Part shown: piece after piece, positions 9,229-18,836 of the stretch
Numbering within the stretch: position 1 is the first letter of the stretch
Layout: every line of letters starts with the position of its first letter
From: Halobacteriovoraceae bacterium
GTDB lineage: Bacteria; Bdellovibrionota; Bacteriovoracia; Bacteriovoracales; Bacteriovoracaceae
Direction: 5' to 3'
Assembly (NCBI GenBank): GCA_963719505.1
Contig: CAVRCF010000005.1
Coordinates: 928,001 to 992,000 of the forward strand
DNA: 64,000 nucleotides
Notes under the pieces: generated by a model
The model's input: the letters and a program-made list of their open reading frames with translations, nothing else
Database searches by the model: none
Told to the model about the DNA's origin: nothing
Made by a program: the position numbers and the translations under genes

Positions 9229-11050
9229 ATTTTTCCTCCCAATGTTCATCATTAAATGCCGGCAGCGAAGAGCTTTTCGTCACAACAAAATGCCCCATGA
9301 TAAGGACATCAATATCAGTTCTTCTAAAGCATCTGTAGGCATCTTCCGGAGAACAAACGATCGGCTCTCCTCTAACGTTAAATGAAGTATTAACCAGGAC
9401 TGGGTGACCAGTATCTGCCTTAAATTCAGTTAGAAGTTCGTGCAACAATGGGTGTCTTGTTCTATCCACCGTTTGTAAACGGGCCGAATAATCGACATGA
9501 GTGATTGCTGGAAATTTAGAGCGAATAACATTGAGTTTATCAATTCCAAACTTGTCATCTTCATCTCGATCAACAGAAAGTCTGTAGTTTGAGTTCACCC
9601 CTGTTACAAATAACATATAAGGACTTGGTCCTTTAAAATCAAAATATTTATCGACCTCTTCCTCTGTTACCAAAGGTGCAAAGGGTCTAAAAGACTCTCT
9701 GAACTTTATTTTAAGGTTCATTGTTTTTTGCAGATCAGGGATTTTGGCATCCCCAATGATTGATCGATTCCCAAGTGCTCTAGGCCCAAATTCCATTTTA
9801 CCTTGAAACCATCCTACAACTTTTTTATCCACTAAATAGCCGGAAGCTGTTTTTAACAATTGTGACGCCGATAATTGCTCAAAAGGAATATTATTATTTT
9901 TTAAAAACAATTCAATTTCTGAGTCACTAAACTCCGGACCGAGAAGACTACCTTTTTGGGAGTCTAATTTATTAACGAGTCTTTTATTATTCAGTCCAAT
10001 ATGCCAATAAGCGAGAGCCGCTCCCAGAGATCCACCAGCATCACCCGCAGCTGGCTGAATCCAAACGTGCTCAAAGCCAGACTCTTTTAAGACTTTAGAG
10101 TTTGCAACGCAGTTAAGTGCGACTCCACCAGCGAGACATAGGTTTTTCTCCCCGGTTTTTTTCTTTAAGAAAGTCGTTATATGAAGAATGACAACTTCTA
10201 GGACTTTTTGAACTGAGGCTGCGACATCCATATGAAATGTCTCAAGCTTTGATTCAGCAACCCTCGCCTCACGCCCGAACAAGCTCTCCATTTTCTTAGA
10301 ATACATTTTTAACTTATGCCCATAGGAGAAATAATCCATATTTAAAGAGTAACTTCCGTCGTCGTGAAGGCTTACAATTTCTTTGAGCATGCGCTCGCTA
10401 TAGATTGGACTTCCATAAGGGGCAAGTCCCATAATTTTGTATTCACCAGAATTAACTTTAAAGCCCAAATAACTGGTGACTGAAGAATAAAGAAGACCCA
10501 GAGAATGAGGAAAGTGAATTTCCCAAATGGGAGTTAGGTCTTTACCATCCCCTAGCCAAGCTGTAGTCGTGGCCCATTCCCCCACACCATCGACACACAA
10601 AACCACTGATCTTTCAAAAGGCGAAGGATAAAAGGCAGAGGCTGCGTGGGAGAGATGATGCTCAGAGTACTTGATCTTCATCTGAGGCAGTCCGACTTTC
10701 TTTAGACCTTTCTTAATCTCTCTTTCTAGAAAGATCTTCTCCTTAATCCAGATGGGAACCGAGGCTAAAAATATCTTAAGTCCAAACGGAGCATAATTAA
10801 GATGGGTTTCAACTAGCCTTTCAAAAGTGATAAAAGGTTTCTCGTAGTAAATAATTTCAGAGATATCTTCTTGTGATAAATCAAACTCTTTTAAAATCCA
10901 TGAGATTGAATGAGAAGGAAAACTGGCATCGTGCTTAATGCGCGTAAATCTCTCCTCTTGAACAGCGGCTAAGATTTCACCATCTTTCAAAAGTGCTGCA
11001 GCGCTGTCGTGATAGAAACAGGATATTCCAAGAACGAAGTGAGAGCTCAT
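9215..11050 (-). CDS. O-carbamoyltransferase (NodU/CmcH/SxtI family)
   Basis: LGISCFYHDSAA, QEERFTRIKHD, EHHLSHAASAF, AGGVALNC, EFGPRALGNRS, KFRESFRPFAP, NTSFNVRGEPIV; start moved to the ATG at 11050. Confidence 0.93.
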   Translation of the reverse strand: MSSHFVLGISCFYHDSAAALLKDGEILAAVQEERFTRIKHDASFPSHSISWILKEFDLSQEDISEIIYYEKPFITFERLVETHLNYAPFGLKIFLASVPIWIKEKIFLEREIKKGLKKVGLPQMKIKYSEHHLSHAASAFYPSPFERSVVLCVDGVGEWATTTAWLGDGKDLTPIWEIHFPHSLGLLYSSVTSYLGFKVNSGEYKIMGLAPYGSPIYSERMLKEIVSLHDDGSYSLNMDYFSYGHKLKMYSKKMESLFGREARVAESKLETFHMDVAASVQKVLEVVILHITTFLKKKTGEKNLCLAGGVALNCVANSKVLKESGFEHVWIQPAAGDAGGSLGAALAYWHIGLNNKRLVNKLDSQKGSLLGPEFSDSEIELFLKNNNIPFEQLSASQLLKTASGYLVDKKVVGWFQGKMEFGPRALGNRSIIGDAKIPDLQKTMNLKIKFRESFRPFAPLVTEEEVDKYFDFKGPSPYMLFVTGVNSNYRLSVDRDEDDKFGIDKLNVIRSKFPAITHVDYSARLQTVDRTRHPLLHELLTEFKADTGHPVLVNTSFNVRGEPIVCSPEDAYRCFRRTDIDVLIMGHFVVTKSSSLPAFNDEHWEEKFELD

Positions 11051-11193
11051 TAAAAGAGAGTGTAAATAAATGGAGCGTAGGGATTTCCCGGTGCCACGAA
11101 GATGAAAGTACCAAAAAGGATAAACGCAACCAATATTGGCAGCAGCCACCATTTTTTGCGAATTCTAAGATAGTTATAAAAATGTCTTAGCAT
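11050..11193 (-). CDS. Small membrane protein, DUF5989/SxtK-like (47 aa)
   Basis: Hand translation MLRHFYNYLRIRKKWWLLPILVAFILFGTFIFVAPGNPYAPFIYTLF; TAATG overlap with the carbamoyltransferase start. Missing from the ORF track. Confidence 0.85.
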   Translation of the reverse strand: MLRHFYNYLRIRKKWWLLPILVAFILFGTFIFVAPGNPYAPFIYTLF

Positions 11194-11302
11194 ATTGATA
11201 TGTTACCAAAAAAGCGGGGATAAGTATAGGATAAATGACTCACCAAACATTTATTAACAAACACTATAGTCGAAGCCTCTAAAAATTGTTTTAATAAAAG
11301 AC

Positions 11303-12763
11303 ATGAAAAAAAAACTGATCCTCCTCATTAGTCTCATCCCCTTTGCGAGGTATGTTTTAAAAGTTTTCTACATCAAGGCGATAAAAAAAATGCGCCTTAT
11401 ATCAGAGGGCTCTGATGATATTTTAGATATCTACCTGATATCGAATATGAGTAATCACGACTTTATCTACGGCAGCAGTGATCTTAATTTACTATTTGTC
11501 GTCAAAGATGAGACGAGTCCAAGAAATTTTTTAAGTGAAACTCGAAAAGAACTTTCAAACCTTTGGTTAACAAGTCTTCTGGTCGATATTAAAAACTTGG
11601 CTGTCCTCAAAGAGAGTGAACTCAAAACCCCTTTAATCAGAAGCTCTATGCTTTACCGCTATAGTAGAAACGATGTCACATGGAGTTCTATTCTTGGCTC
11701 TGAGCCCCTAAAATTTACTTTAAAAGAACAAGATCACCACAATATTCAATATCATTGCTTGGGCAGAGTTCAAAAGATGCTCTTAAATCCCAGAAGAGAC
11801 TTGTTACTCAATAGACACTGGATAAGATCTTTTGGAAAAAATATGTATTTTAGCTTTATCGCTCTTAACCGCTATAACCTTATTGAAGGAAAGCTTGATT
11901 CACGTTGGCATACTCTTTGTTCTAGACTCATGCGTTTTCCCATCTTCGCTCAAGCTAAGTATCGACAGTTAAAAGTTTTAAGTTTGAAGAAACTAGATTT
12001 CAAAAGACCAAAACTAATACCACACCATGTAGATAGCTCGGCTTATAACGATAATCTTATTCACTTTTGCCAAAGCTTACTTGAGTTTCCTATCGTCGAA
12101 GATGTCATTTTAAAGCCCGCCCTCATCCAGCTGGACTCTGAACAGATGAAAGGAAAAGTTTTTGTCGATGTCTTACTTGGACAAAAGGATCATGCCTTTA
12201 ATTTTGATAATCTTCACCATCTACAAAACGGCATAGACAGTTTTTTAAAAGACTTGGATGACACACACCCTCGTTATTTTTTTAGGTTTTCAACTTATGG
12301 ATTTTTAAAAATAAAATGTGAGCAAGTTCTTTTTGACTATCCCTTGGAATATTTTTACCGTGTTCGCTTGGGTCACTCGATGAGAGGTTTCAAGTACAAA
12401 TTCTCTCCAGATCCTAGGCAAATCGATAAGGCCAGTATTCAGTTTATTCTCCAAGAGTTCATGCGCTTTAGATCACTTAAACAAGAGAATTTTCTCATTG
12501 GCTCAAAGTTCATAAAGTCGCTAAACATCATTTATCGCTACCAGCTCCTACTCTCCTACACCAAAGGCCAGGAGTTTGCCGTTTCTCACTCATTTAAAAG
12601 TATTATGGAGGATTTGACTCCACAGCTCTCACAGATGAAACCAAACACCATTGTCGATGAGGAAAGTTGGGTGGTTATAAAAGCTCAAATGCTCTATTTA
12701 TTAAAAAGAATTAGAGATGAACTTGCGACCAAAAAACCTTCGCTTAAAAACTTACAGTTCTAA
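11303..12763 (+). CDS. Hypothetical protein with a possible degenerate Pol-beta-type nucleotidyltransferase N-domain
   Basis: 486-aa ORF; IYLISNMSNHDFIYGSSDLNLLFVV resembles the GS...SDxD motif. Confidence 0.55.
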   Translation: MKKKLILLISLIPFARYVLKVFYIKAIKKMRLISEGSDDILDIYLISNMSNHDFIYGSSDLNLLFVVKDETSPRNFLSETRKELSNLWLTSLLVDIKNLAVLKESELKTPLIRSSMLYRYSRNDVTWSSILGSEPLKFTLKEQDHHNIQYHCLGRVQKMLLNPRRDLLLNRHWIRSFGKNMYFSFIALNRYNLIEGKLDSRWHTLCSRLMRFPIFAQAKYRQLKVLSLKKLDFKRPKLIPHHVDSSAYNDNLIHFCQSLLEFPIVEDVILKPALIQLDSEQMKGKVFVDVLLGQKDHAFNFDNLHHLQNGIDSFLKDLDDTHPRYFFRFSTYGFLKIKCEQVLFDYPLEYFYRVRLGHSMRGFKYKFSPDPRQIDKASIQFILQEFMRFRSLKQENFLIGSKFIKSLNIIYRYQLLLSYTKGQEFAVSHSFKSIMEDLTPQLSQMKPNTIVDEESWVVIKAQMLYLLKRIRDELATKKPSLKNLQF

Positions 12764-14485
12764 TTAAATCCCAAAGCAGTGATTGGCTTTATCTTTGTCG
12801 AAAATCTCAATTTGCTTAAGTCTTCTCGGCTCTTTTTCAACCGCTACATTTATTTCATAAATTTTTTCGAGCCTAGCAATCGTAAACTTATAGTTTTTAC
12901 CTGGAACGAGGTAGTGCTCAAGGTTCATGGCTTCAGTTTTAGAGAAACGCAAATCGTTGATAGCAATGATTTCATCTCCTGCATTTAGACCTGCTTTATA
13001 AGCTGGCTCGTCGAGAACGACTTTAGCTAAAGAGGCATTTTGTCCCTCAAACTTCCACTCGACACCAAGATGAGGCTTATGAGTTTCAACCCAAATAAAC
13101 TTCATTCCGTTTTCTTCATAAAGAGTTTCAAAGTCAATATCTTCAGTGGTTGAAATTTTTTGCTCAAATCGGTCTCTAATTTCTTTATTTCCGATTTGTT
13201 CAATCATCTCAAGGACCTCTTCTCTTTCAACTCCTTTGGATTCGTCTTTCTTATATCGATCCCAAAGTTTTGTTAAAAGGTCATTAATAGAACAACCAAT
13301 TTTTACAAGATCAAAATGTAGTGTACTAAAAACAAGACCACCTTTTAAGTAATAACTAATAGAAGAGTTGCTACTATTTTCATCTGGTCGATACAACTTT
13401 ACCCAAGCATTAAATGAAGAGTCTTCTAAAGAGTGAAATTTCTTTCCAGGAATTGAAAAATACTTCTCAAGGTTCTGTTTTTGCATTGTCAGGTACTCTT
13501 CTAAAGTACACAGTCCCGACCTCAGGACAAAAAGCTCATCCATAAAACTTGTCAGTCCTTCGGTGAGCCAATGCAGGCGTGTATAATTCTCTTGTGTATA
13601 GTCAAAAGGTCCTAGTTCAACAGGTCTTATTCTTTTAACATTCCAAGTATGAAAATACTCGTGTGCTACTAGAGCAAGCCAATTAATATAGTCTTTTCTA
13701 TTTGAAAGTCTCCTTCCATCAAACTGGAGGGCCGTAGAGTTTTTATGCTCAAGACCGCCAAATTTATTTTTTACAAAATGAGTCATAAAGAGATAAGAAT
13801 CGTAGGGAATGTCATCAAAATGCTCAGCAACTGTTTCCACAATTGTTTTAATATCTTTTTTAAGATCATATTGATGAGGGTATTGATCCCCATAAAAAAT
13901 AACGTGATGCTCTTTGCCTTCAAACATGAAACCATCTGATTCGTGACAACCGATCTCAATAGGACAGTCGATAAGATCATCGTAATCATTTGCGGTATAG
14001 ATGAACTCATCCCTTTTATCAGATATATCCTTTAGACCCGTGTGAAGCTTTGACCAAAGAGGGGGAAACTTTACTCTGAGGACAGGATCCACAACATTTT
14101 GCCCGACCACTCCCATAAATAACGCTGGACCATGTAAAAAGGCATGGGACTCATCGATATGGCAGGTTCTGACAGTGAGGTCGTGACAATAAACCTCGTA
14201 CTCTAATGAAAACTCTGCACTTTCAGTTTTACACTCTGATCGACTCCAATCAATCTCCCAAATTCCTTTTTCGAGTTGCTCAAAATACAGATACTCTCCG
14301 GTTTTATTAAGAGCTCTTATTGAGCGAACGTGGGATGTGTACTCACGCATTAAATATGACCCAGGGGACCAGCTTGGAAGAAAGAACTTCAAAGTGGACT
14401 GATTTTTTGGTTTTATCGCGTCAATTTTGATCTTTGCGATGTGATTTTGAGGGTTTGTTATCTCTAAAGTATAGTTTAACTTCAT
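12764..14485 (-). CDS. M61 family glycyl aminopeptidase with PDZ domain
   Basis: PSWSPGSY, GGLEHKNST, HEYFHTWNVKRIRP, EGLTS, SISYYLKG; C-terminal PDZ. Confidence 0.93.
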   Translation of the reverse strand: MKLNYTLEITNPQNHIAKIKIDAIKPKNQSTLKFFLPSWSPGSYLMREYTSHVRSIRALNKTGEYLYFEQLEKGIWEIDWSRSECKTESAEFSLEYEVYCHDLTVRTCHIDESHAFLHGPALFMGVVGQNVVDPVLRVKFPPLWSKLHTGLKDISDKRDEFIYTANDYDDLIDCPIEIGCHESDGFMFEGKEHHVIFYGDQYPHQYDLKKDIKTIVETVAEHFDDIPYDSYLFMTHFVKNKFGGLEHKNSTALQFDGRRLSNRKDYINWLALVAHEYFHTWNVKRIRPVELGPFDYTQENYTRLHWLTEGLTSFMDELFVLRSGLCTLEEYLTMQKQNLEKYFSIPGKKFHSLEDSSFNAWVKLYRPDENSSNSSISYYLKGGLVFSTLHFDLVKIGCSINDLLTKLWDRYKKDESKGVEREEVLEMIEQIGNKEIRDRFEQKISTTEDIDFETLYEENGMKFIWVETHKPHLGVEWKFEGQNASLAKVVLDEPAYKAGLNAGDEIIAINDLRFSKTEAMNLEHYLVPGKNYKFTIARLEKIYEINVAVEKEPRRLKQIEIFDKDKANHCFGI

Positions 14486-14552
14486 GTTTTTCCTTTTATT
14501 AAATTTCTGCTAGATTATAGCAAAGAATTAATCATTTTCCTAAGGCACAAAC

Positions 14553-14954
14553 TTGTTTCCCGTAAATCTAAAAGAACACTACAAATTTGAACTCACTGAC
14601 TCAGCTTTTATGCAGATCAAGTTGATTCAGGAAAATGACTTCACTATTGAAAATCATACTTTTAGGCTCAAGATTGGAGGCAAAGGCTGTGATGGATTTA
14701 CCTATGAGACTGGTTTTTCACAAAAAGTTGAAGATGATATCGTTCTTGAGTTTAATAATAAGAATCAGAACCTCTCGATTCTATTGGATAAGTTTACAGC
14801 TTTCTACTGTAAAGAAGGCATCCTCGATTACTACTTTATTCCTCACGAAAATGAAGACGGTTTCTTTTTTACTAATAGAAATGAACATAAACATCACGGA
14901 AAATTCTTCAAGGACGGAGAGAATATCCCCGACTTTCCAGAGAACGAAATATGA
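14553..14954 (+). CDS. HesB/IscA-family Fe-S assembly accessory protein (atypical)
   Basis: LTDSA...RLKIGGKGCDGFTY, LDY...GFFFTN; C-terminal CxC absent. Confidence 0.75.
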   Translation: MFPVNLKEHYKFELTDSAFMQIKLIQENDFTIENHTFRLKIGGKGCDGFTYETGFSQKVEDDIVLEFNNKNQNLSILLDKFTAFYCKEGILDYYFIPHENEDGFFFTNRNEHKHHGKFFKDGENIPDFPENEI

Positions 14955-15766
14955 ATTTTGGAATCGACTATAGATACCTAAAAGCATTTCAAATAACTGC
15001 TGAATACCTCAATTTTTCAAAAGCTGCGGCAAAACTTGGGATAGCCCAATCTGCTGTTTCCAGACAAATAAAGCTTCTAGAAGAATCCATGGGCGAACAG
15101 CTGATCATTAGATCATCTAAAAAGGTCATCTTAACTGACAAGGGCATTGATCTGTTAAAGGCCATAGCTCATTTTGAAAAGATGACCGAACAATTATCAA
15201 ATGAAAGTTCATCAAAACTCATAAAGATTGGAATTCTTCACGGGCTTTTAGAGAATTGGTTTCTTCCTATTATTAAAACATTTTCTAAAAATTCAATTCA
15301 CGATTTAACAATTGAAAGTGATACCCCTCAAAAAATGCGTACAGACCTTATCGAAGGCAAGCTTGACCTCATCTTCACGACGGAGAATATCCAAAGTGAC
15401 TTGGTGACGTCTCTGAGACTTTTTGACGAGAAGCTGGTCATCATTTCAAAAAAAGAAATTGATCCAAAAAACCTCAGAGCTCACAGGTGGATCACGTATT
15501 CAGACTCTGACTTCATCTTAAGTTTGAATAAAGTGCACTCAGACAAAATTATCACTGTGAAAAGTATGACTTCAATTATTAAACTGGTCAAAGAAGGTGT
15601 GGGTATCGCTGTTGTTCCAACACACTCTATTATTGGGGAAAAACTTAAAACCTACGAAGTTAAAACAACTTCTAAACATTCTGTATATTTAAGCACTTTG
15701 AATTATCAAAAATATCCTGATCATCTAAATGAGCTGCTAGACCTTATAAAGAAATCTTTGCCTTAA
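14951..15766 (+). CDS. LysR family transcriptional regulator
   Basis: LNFSKAAAKLGIAQSAVSRQIKLLE HTH; ATGA overlap with the upstream gene. Confidence 0.92.
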   Translation: MNFGIDYRYLKAFQITAEYLNFSKAAAKLGIAQSAVSRQIKLLEESMGEQLIIRSSKKVILTDKGIDLLKAIAHFEKMTEQLSNESSSKLIKIGILHGLLENWFLPIIKTFSKNSIHDLTIESDTPQKMRTDLIEGKLDLIFTTENIQSDLVTSLRLFDEKLVIISKKEIDPKNLRAHRWITYSDSDFILSLNKVHSDKIITVKSMTSIIKLVKEGVGIAVVPTHSIIGEKLKTYEVKTTSKHSVYLSTLNYQKYPDHLNELLDLIKKSLP

Positions 15767-16074
15767 TTAAGTGAACAACCATAACGAAGGTCATTTACTG
15801 TGGCCTTAGCAGAGGCAAAGTTATTTTTAAAAATGACTGACCTCTCTTTTTCATCCACTTTATATTCAAACAAGGGGTAACCTTTCTTAACCGATTCCAA
15901 ACAGTAGTTCTTGCCTTTGTTTAGCATAAAGTAACATGAGCAAAACTCCTTTGCCCTCATTGTACTCATCAACATTGGAACTTCTCTCAAAGGTGTTATA
16001 GAGAAAACAATCTGATGAAGAGCACCCAAGAATATAAAAAGACCGAAAGGGATGAGCACAGCTTTTGACTTCAT
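15763..16074 (-). CDS. Small membrane-anchored four-Cys protein coupled to the serine hydrolase
   Basis: N-terminal TM, AKEFCSCYF...YC...RYGCSL; 1-bp overlap with the upstream gene. Confidence 0.7.
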   Translation of the reverse strand: MKSKAVLIPFGLFIFLGALHQIVFSITPLREVPMLMSTMRAKEFCSCYFMLNKGKNYCLESVKKGYPLFEYKVDEKERSVIFKNNFASAKATVNDLRYGCSLN

Positions 16075-17141
16075 CAGTCATCTCCCTTTAATCCAAGTGA
16101 GCTTAATATTAATTTTACGTACTCTTGTTTATCGAGCTTATTTCCTTTATCTCTAGCAATTCTTACAGCGACAATTTTTTGGGAAGGAAAAATAAAAATA
16201 CTTTGTCCCCCGTGCCCAAGCATCATAATAAGATCCTTAGGAGCTGTTGAAATCTTTTTCACCTCCCCTTTGCAAGGGAAGTTTAGCCAAAAGGATGCAC
16301 CATAAGTTAAATCACTGTGATGATCACAATTATCTGGGTACTGAAAGCTGGAGTTTATACTTGTGGCATAATCCATATAGCTTTTTGATACGACTTGCTC
16401 GTTTTTATAAAGACCTTTATTCATCACGAAAACACCCAACTTTAGAAGCTCCGCGGTAGACATATAGACATATGAAGAGGCCAAAAAATTTCCTTCTTCG
16501 TCCCTTTCAAAAGTAGCCTCAAGACCTAGCTTTTGAAATAAAAACGTCCACGGATAAATGGCCTTCAACTCTTTTGGCAACGCCCTCGCAATAGCTCCCA
16601 TAAGTAAGTTGGTATCACCGCTTGAGTAATGAAAGCGACGCCCAGGATTTGAGTGTTTGAGAGTCTTTAAGACATAGTTTGGGGCTGAGTCTTTAGTTGA
16701 AAAGTAGAGCATTCTCACAACATTAGAATTAAAAGGAGAATCCTCATAGAACTCATTCCAATCGAAACCAGAAGTCATCTCAAGAAGATTTTCAATTCGA
16801 ATTTGATTTAAGAACTTTTGCTGTTTTTTTGGGAAACGTGAAATCTCGGATGCATAAAACTTTGAGATAGAATCACTTTTATTAATATATCCTTGATCTT
16901 GTGCAATCCCAAAAAGGATAGATCCTACACTCTTAGACATTGACCATAGTAAGTGTTTCGTCGTTCGATCACCTTGCTCAAACTTTTCAAATTTCACTTC
17001 ACCATTGTGATAAAGTAAAAACTGTTCAGTCTTAAAATCTTCAACTTTCCCGCTAAAGAGGAACGTTTCAAGGTTATCAAAAACCTCTCCCGATGCTGCA
17101 AAAGAAAACAAAACACAAAGTATAGCTATTTTTAATTTCAT
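16074..17141 (-). CDS. Secreted serine hydrolase, beta-lactamase class C/AmpC-like family
   Basis: Signal peptide; WSMSKS (SxxK), LLEMTSG, FHYSSG, GHGGQ; start moved to MKLKIAI. Confidence 0.88.
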   Translation of the reverse strand: MKLKIAILCVLFSFAASGEVFDNLETFLFSGKVEDFKTEQFLLYHNGEVKFEKFEQGDRTTKHLLWSMSKSVGSILFGIAQDQGYINKSDSISKFYASEISRFPKKQQKFLNQIRIENLLEMTSGFDWNEFYEDSPFNSNVVRMLYFSTKDSAPNYVLKTLKHSNPGRRFHYSSGDTNLLMGAIARALPKELKAIYPWTFLFQKLGLEATFERDEEGNFLASSYVYMSTAELLKLGVFVMNKGLYKNEQVVSKSYMDYATSINSSFQYPDNCDHHSDLTYGASFWLNFPCKGEVKKISTAPKDLIMMLGHGGQSIFIFPSQKIVAVRIARDKGNKLDKQEYVKLILSSLGLKGDD

Positions 17142-17148
17142 CACAAAT

Positions 17149-17178
17149 AAAAAAGGCCAAAGCATATGCTCTGGCCTT
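17149..17178 (-). terminator. Rho-independent terminator after the FKBP gene
   Basis: Minus strand AAGGCCAGAGCAT-ATGCTTTGGCCTT followed by a T-run. Confidence 0.7.
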
Positions 17179-17197
17179 CCCTTTATCTTTTTAATTT

Positions 17198-17902
17198 CTA
17201 TTTCTTCTTAGGCTCTTCTTTTCCTGCAATCTTGAAGAGTTCAACCTCAAATACTAAAGTTGCTCCACCTGGAATTTTTGGAGGGGCACCATTGTCACCA
17301 TAACCAAGCTCTGGTGGGATAACAAGTTTGATTTTTCCACCCTCTTTAACAAGTTGCAAGCCTTCAGTCCAACCTTTGATAACTCTATTGAGTGGGAAAG
17401 AAATTGTCTTACCTCTATCAACTGAAGAGTCAAAAACCTCTCCACTTGTAAGTGTTCCGTGGTAATGAACTTCAACAGTATCTTCAGCACCTGGTTTCTT
17501 CCCTTCTCCTTCTTTAAGAATTTCGTAAACGAGACCTGATTCTGTTTTTTTAGCATTTTTATTTTTAGCTAGATAATCGTCAATGAATTTAGATCCGCTA
17601 GACTTCTCATCTTTCGCAACTTTCTCCATTCTTGCTTTAAACATTGTTTGAATTTTCGGTTGATAGACCTGAAGTTCAATTTCAGGTTTAGCACCCTTAG
17701 CTGAATTCACTAAACCTTTCTGAAGAGCAGCAAGTTCTTTATCATTAAGACTTAGTCTTTGAAGGTTAGAGCCTAACATAAAACCCATTGCATAAAATGT
17801 TTTGTCGTCTTCAGAAGATAACTTTACATCAGCAGGATTCTTTCCTTGATTACATGCAGAGGCAAGTAACAAACTTGAAAGTAAAATAATCGATTTTTTC
17901 AT
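17198..17902 (-). CDS. FKBP-type peptidyl-prolyl isomerase lipoprotein (FkpA/Mip-like)
   Basis: Lipobox LASAC; FKBP_N domain; VHYHGTL, FDSS, VIKGWTEG, IPPELGYG. Confidence 0.95.
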   Translation of the reverse strand: MKKSIILLSSLLLASACNQGKNPADVKLSSEDDKTFYAMGFMLGSNLQRLSLNDKELAALQKGLVNSAKGAKPEIELQVYQPKIQTMFKARMEKVAKDEKSSGSKFIDDYLAKNKNAKKTESGLVYEILKEGEGKKPGAEDTVEVHYHGTLTSGEVFDSSVDRGKTISFPLNRVIKGWTEGLQLVKEGGKIKLVIPPELGYGDNGAPPKIPGGATLVFEVELFKIAGKEEPKKK

Positions 17903-17984
17903 GAACCTTATCCTTATTTTTGATAGATTTAATAAATAGTTACAATAACGATAGTGATTTTAACCTGATTTGCCAAGAGTTTAC

Positions 17985-18836
17985 TTAAGCGGATCTCTTG
18001 TTAAGTAAAAGCACCAATAACACAAATGAGCCTGCAACCGAACACACCATTCCCACAGGAACTTCAGCACCATAGAAAGGATATTGAAAACAAAGAAAGT
18101 CCAATCCCGACAAAACCACTCCAGTAAGAATTGGTCCCAAGATGAGCTCTCTTCGCATACTGAATTTAAAGAAGCTAAAGCTTCGAATGATATGGGGGAA
18201 GATAAGTCCAATAAAAGAGAAAACTCCAAAATAGGAAACGACAAGACCAGTTAGGAAGAATGAAAGAAGTAAAGACAGTTTTGATAAGTAACTTGTCCTT
18301 AAACCAAGTCCTTCAGCAAATGCAGATCCCACACTCAAAATGGCCAAATCTTTACTTAACCTTAGTACTATTCCAAAGACAATAATAAAAATGATCAGAT
18401 AGAGCCATAGCACTTTCAATTCGAAGTATTTAAAATTTCCAAACCATATTCCAGTAGGAAATTCAAAATTAATAGCGATAAAGAGAAATTGGATGACCGA
18501 AAAAATGCCACCAACGAAAAGATTAAAACCTAATCCAATTAATATAACTTTATTCATATTGAGATTCTTTTTAAAACTTTTTAACGACACCAAACAAAGC
18601 GGAATAAAAAAGAGAAGAAAAAGAGCGAAGCTTAGGTGTTCTATTGGAAACTTAACTTGAACGAAGGTTATCAGAAATTGAGCGACTAAGATGACCAAGA
18701 CACCCAAGCCATCGAAACCGAGAGTTGAGGAGCTTGCCAGTTTATTATTCGTAATAATTTGGGCCAAACTTCCTGAGATCGTGAGAAAATAGCCACATAA
18801 AAAAGAGAGTAAAACTCGAGTGATATCAATTTCCAT
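17985..18836 (-). CDS. FecCD/BtuC-family ABC transporter permease
   Basis: Q.ITNNKLASSSTLG, AEGLGL, GVFSFIGLIFPHIIR, EVPVGMV. Confidence 0.85.
   Translation of the reverse strand: MEIDITRVLLSFLCGYFLTISGSLAQIITNNKLASSSTLGFDGLGVLVILVAQFLITFVQVKFPIEHLSFALFLLFFIPLCLVSLKSFKKNLNMNKVILIGLGFNLFVGGIFSVIQFLFIAINFEFPTGIWFGNFKYFELKVLWLYLIIFIIVFGIVLRLSKDLAILSVGSAFAEGLGLRTSYLSKLSLLLSFFLTGLVVSYFGVFSFIGLIFPHIIRSFSFFKFSMRRELILGPILTGVVLSGLDFLCFQYPFYGAEVPVGMVCSVAGSFVLLVLLLNKRSA

Noticed and set aside
11051..11152. 35-aa N-terminal extension of the carbamoyltransferase
   Set aside because: This stretch is the DUF5989-like gene in another frame.
7818..11193. Saxitoxin biosynthesis cluster
   Set aside because: Only sxtI/J/K/L-like tailoring genes; no sxtA, sxtG or sxtB in the window.
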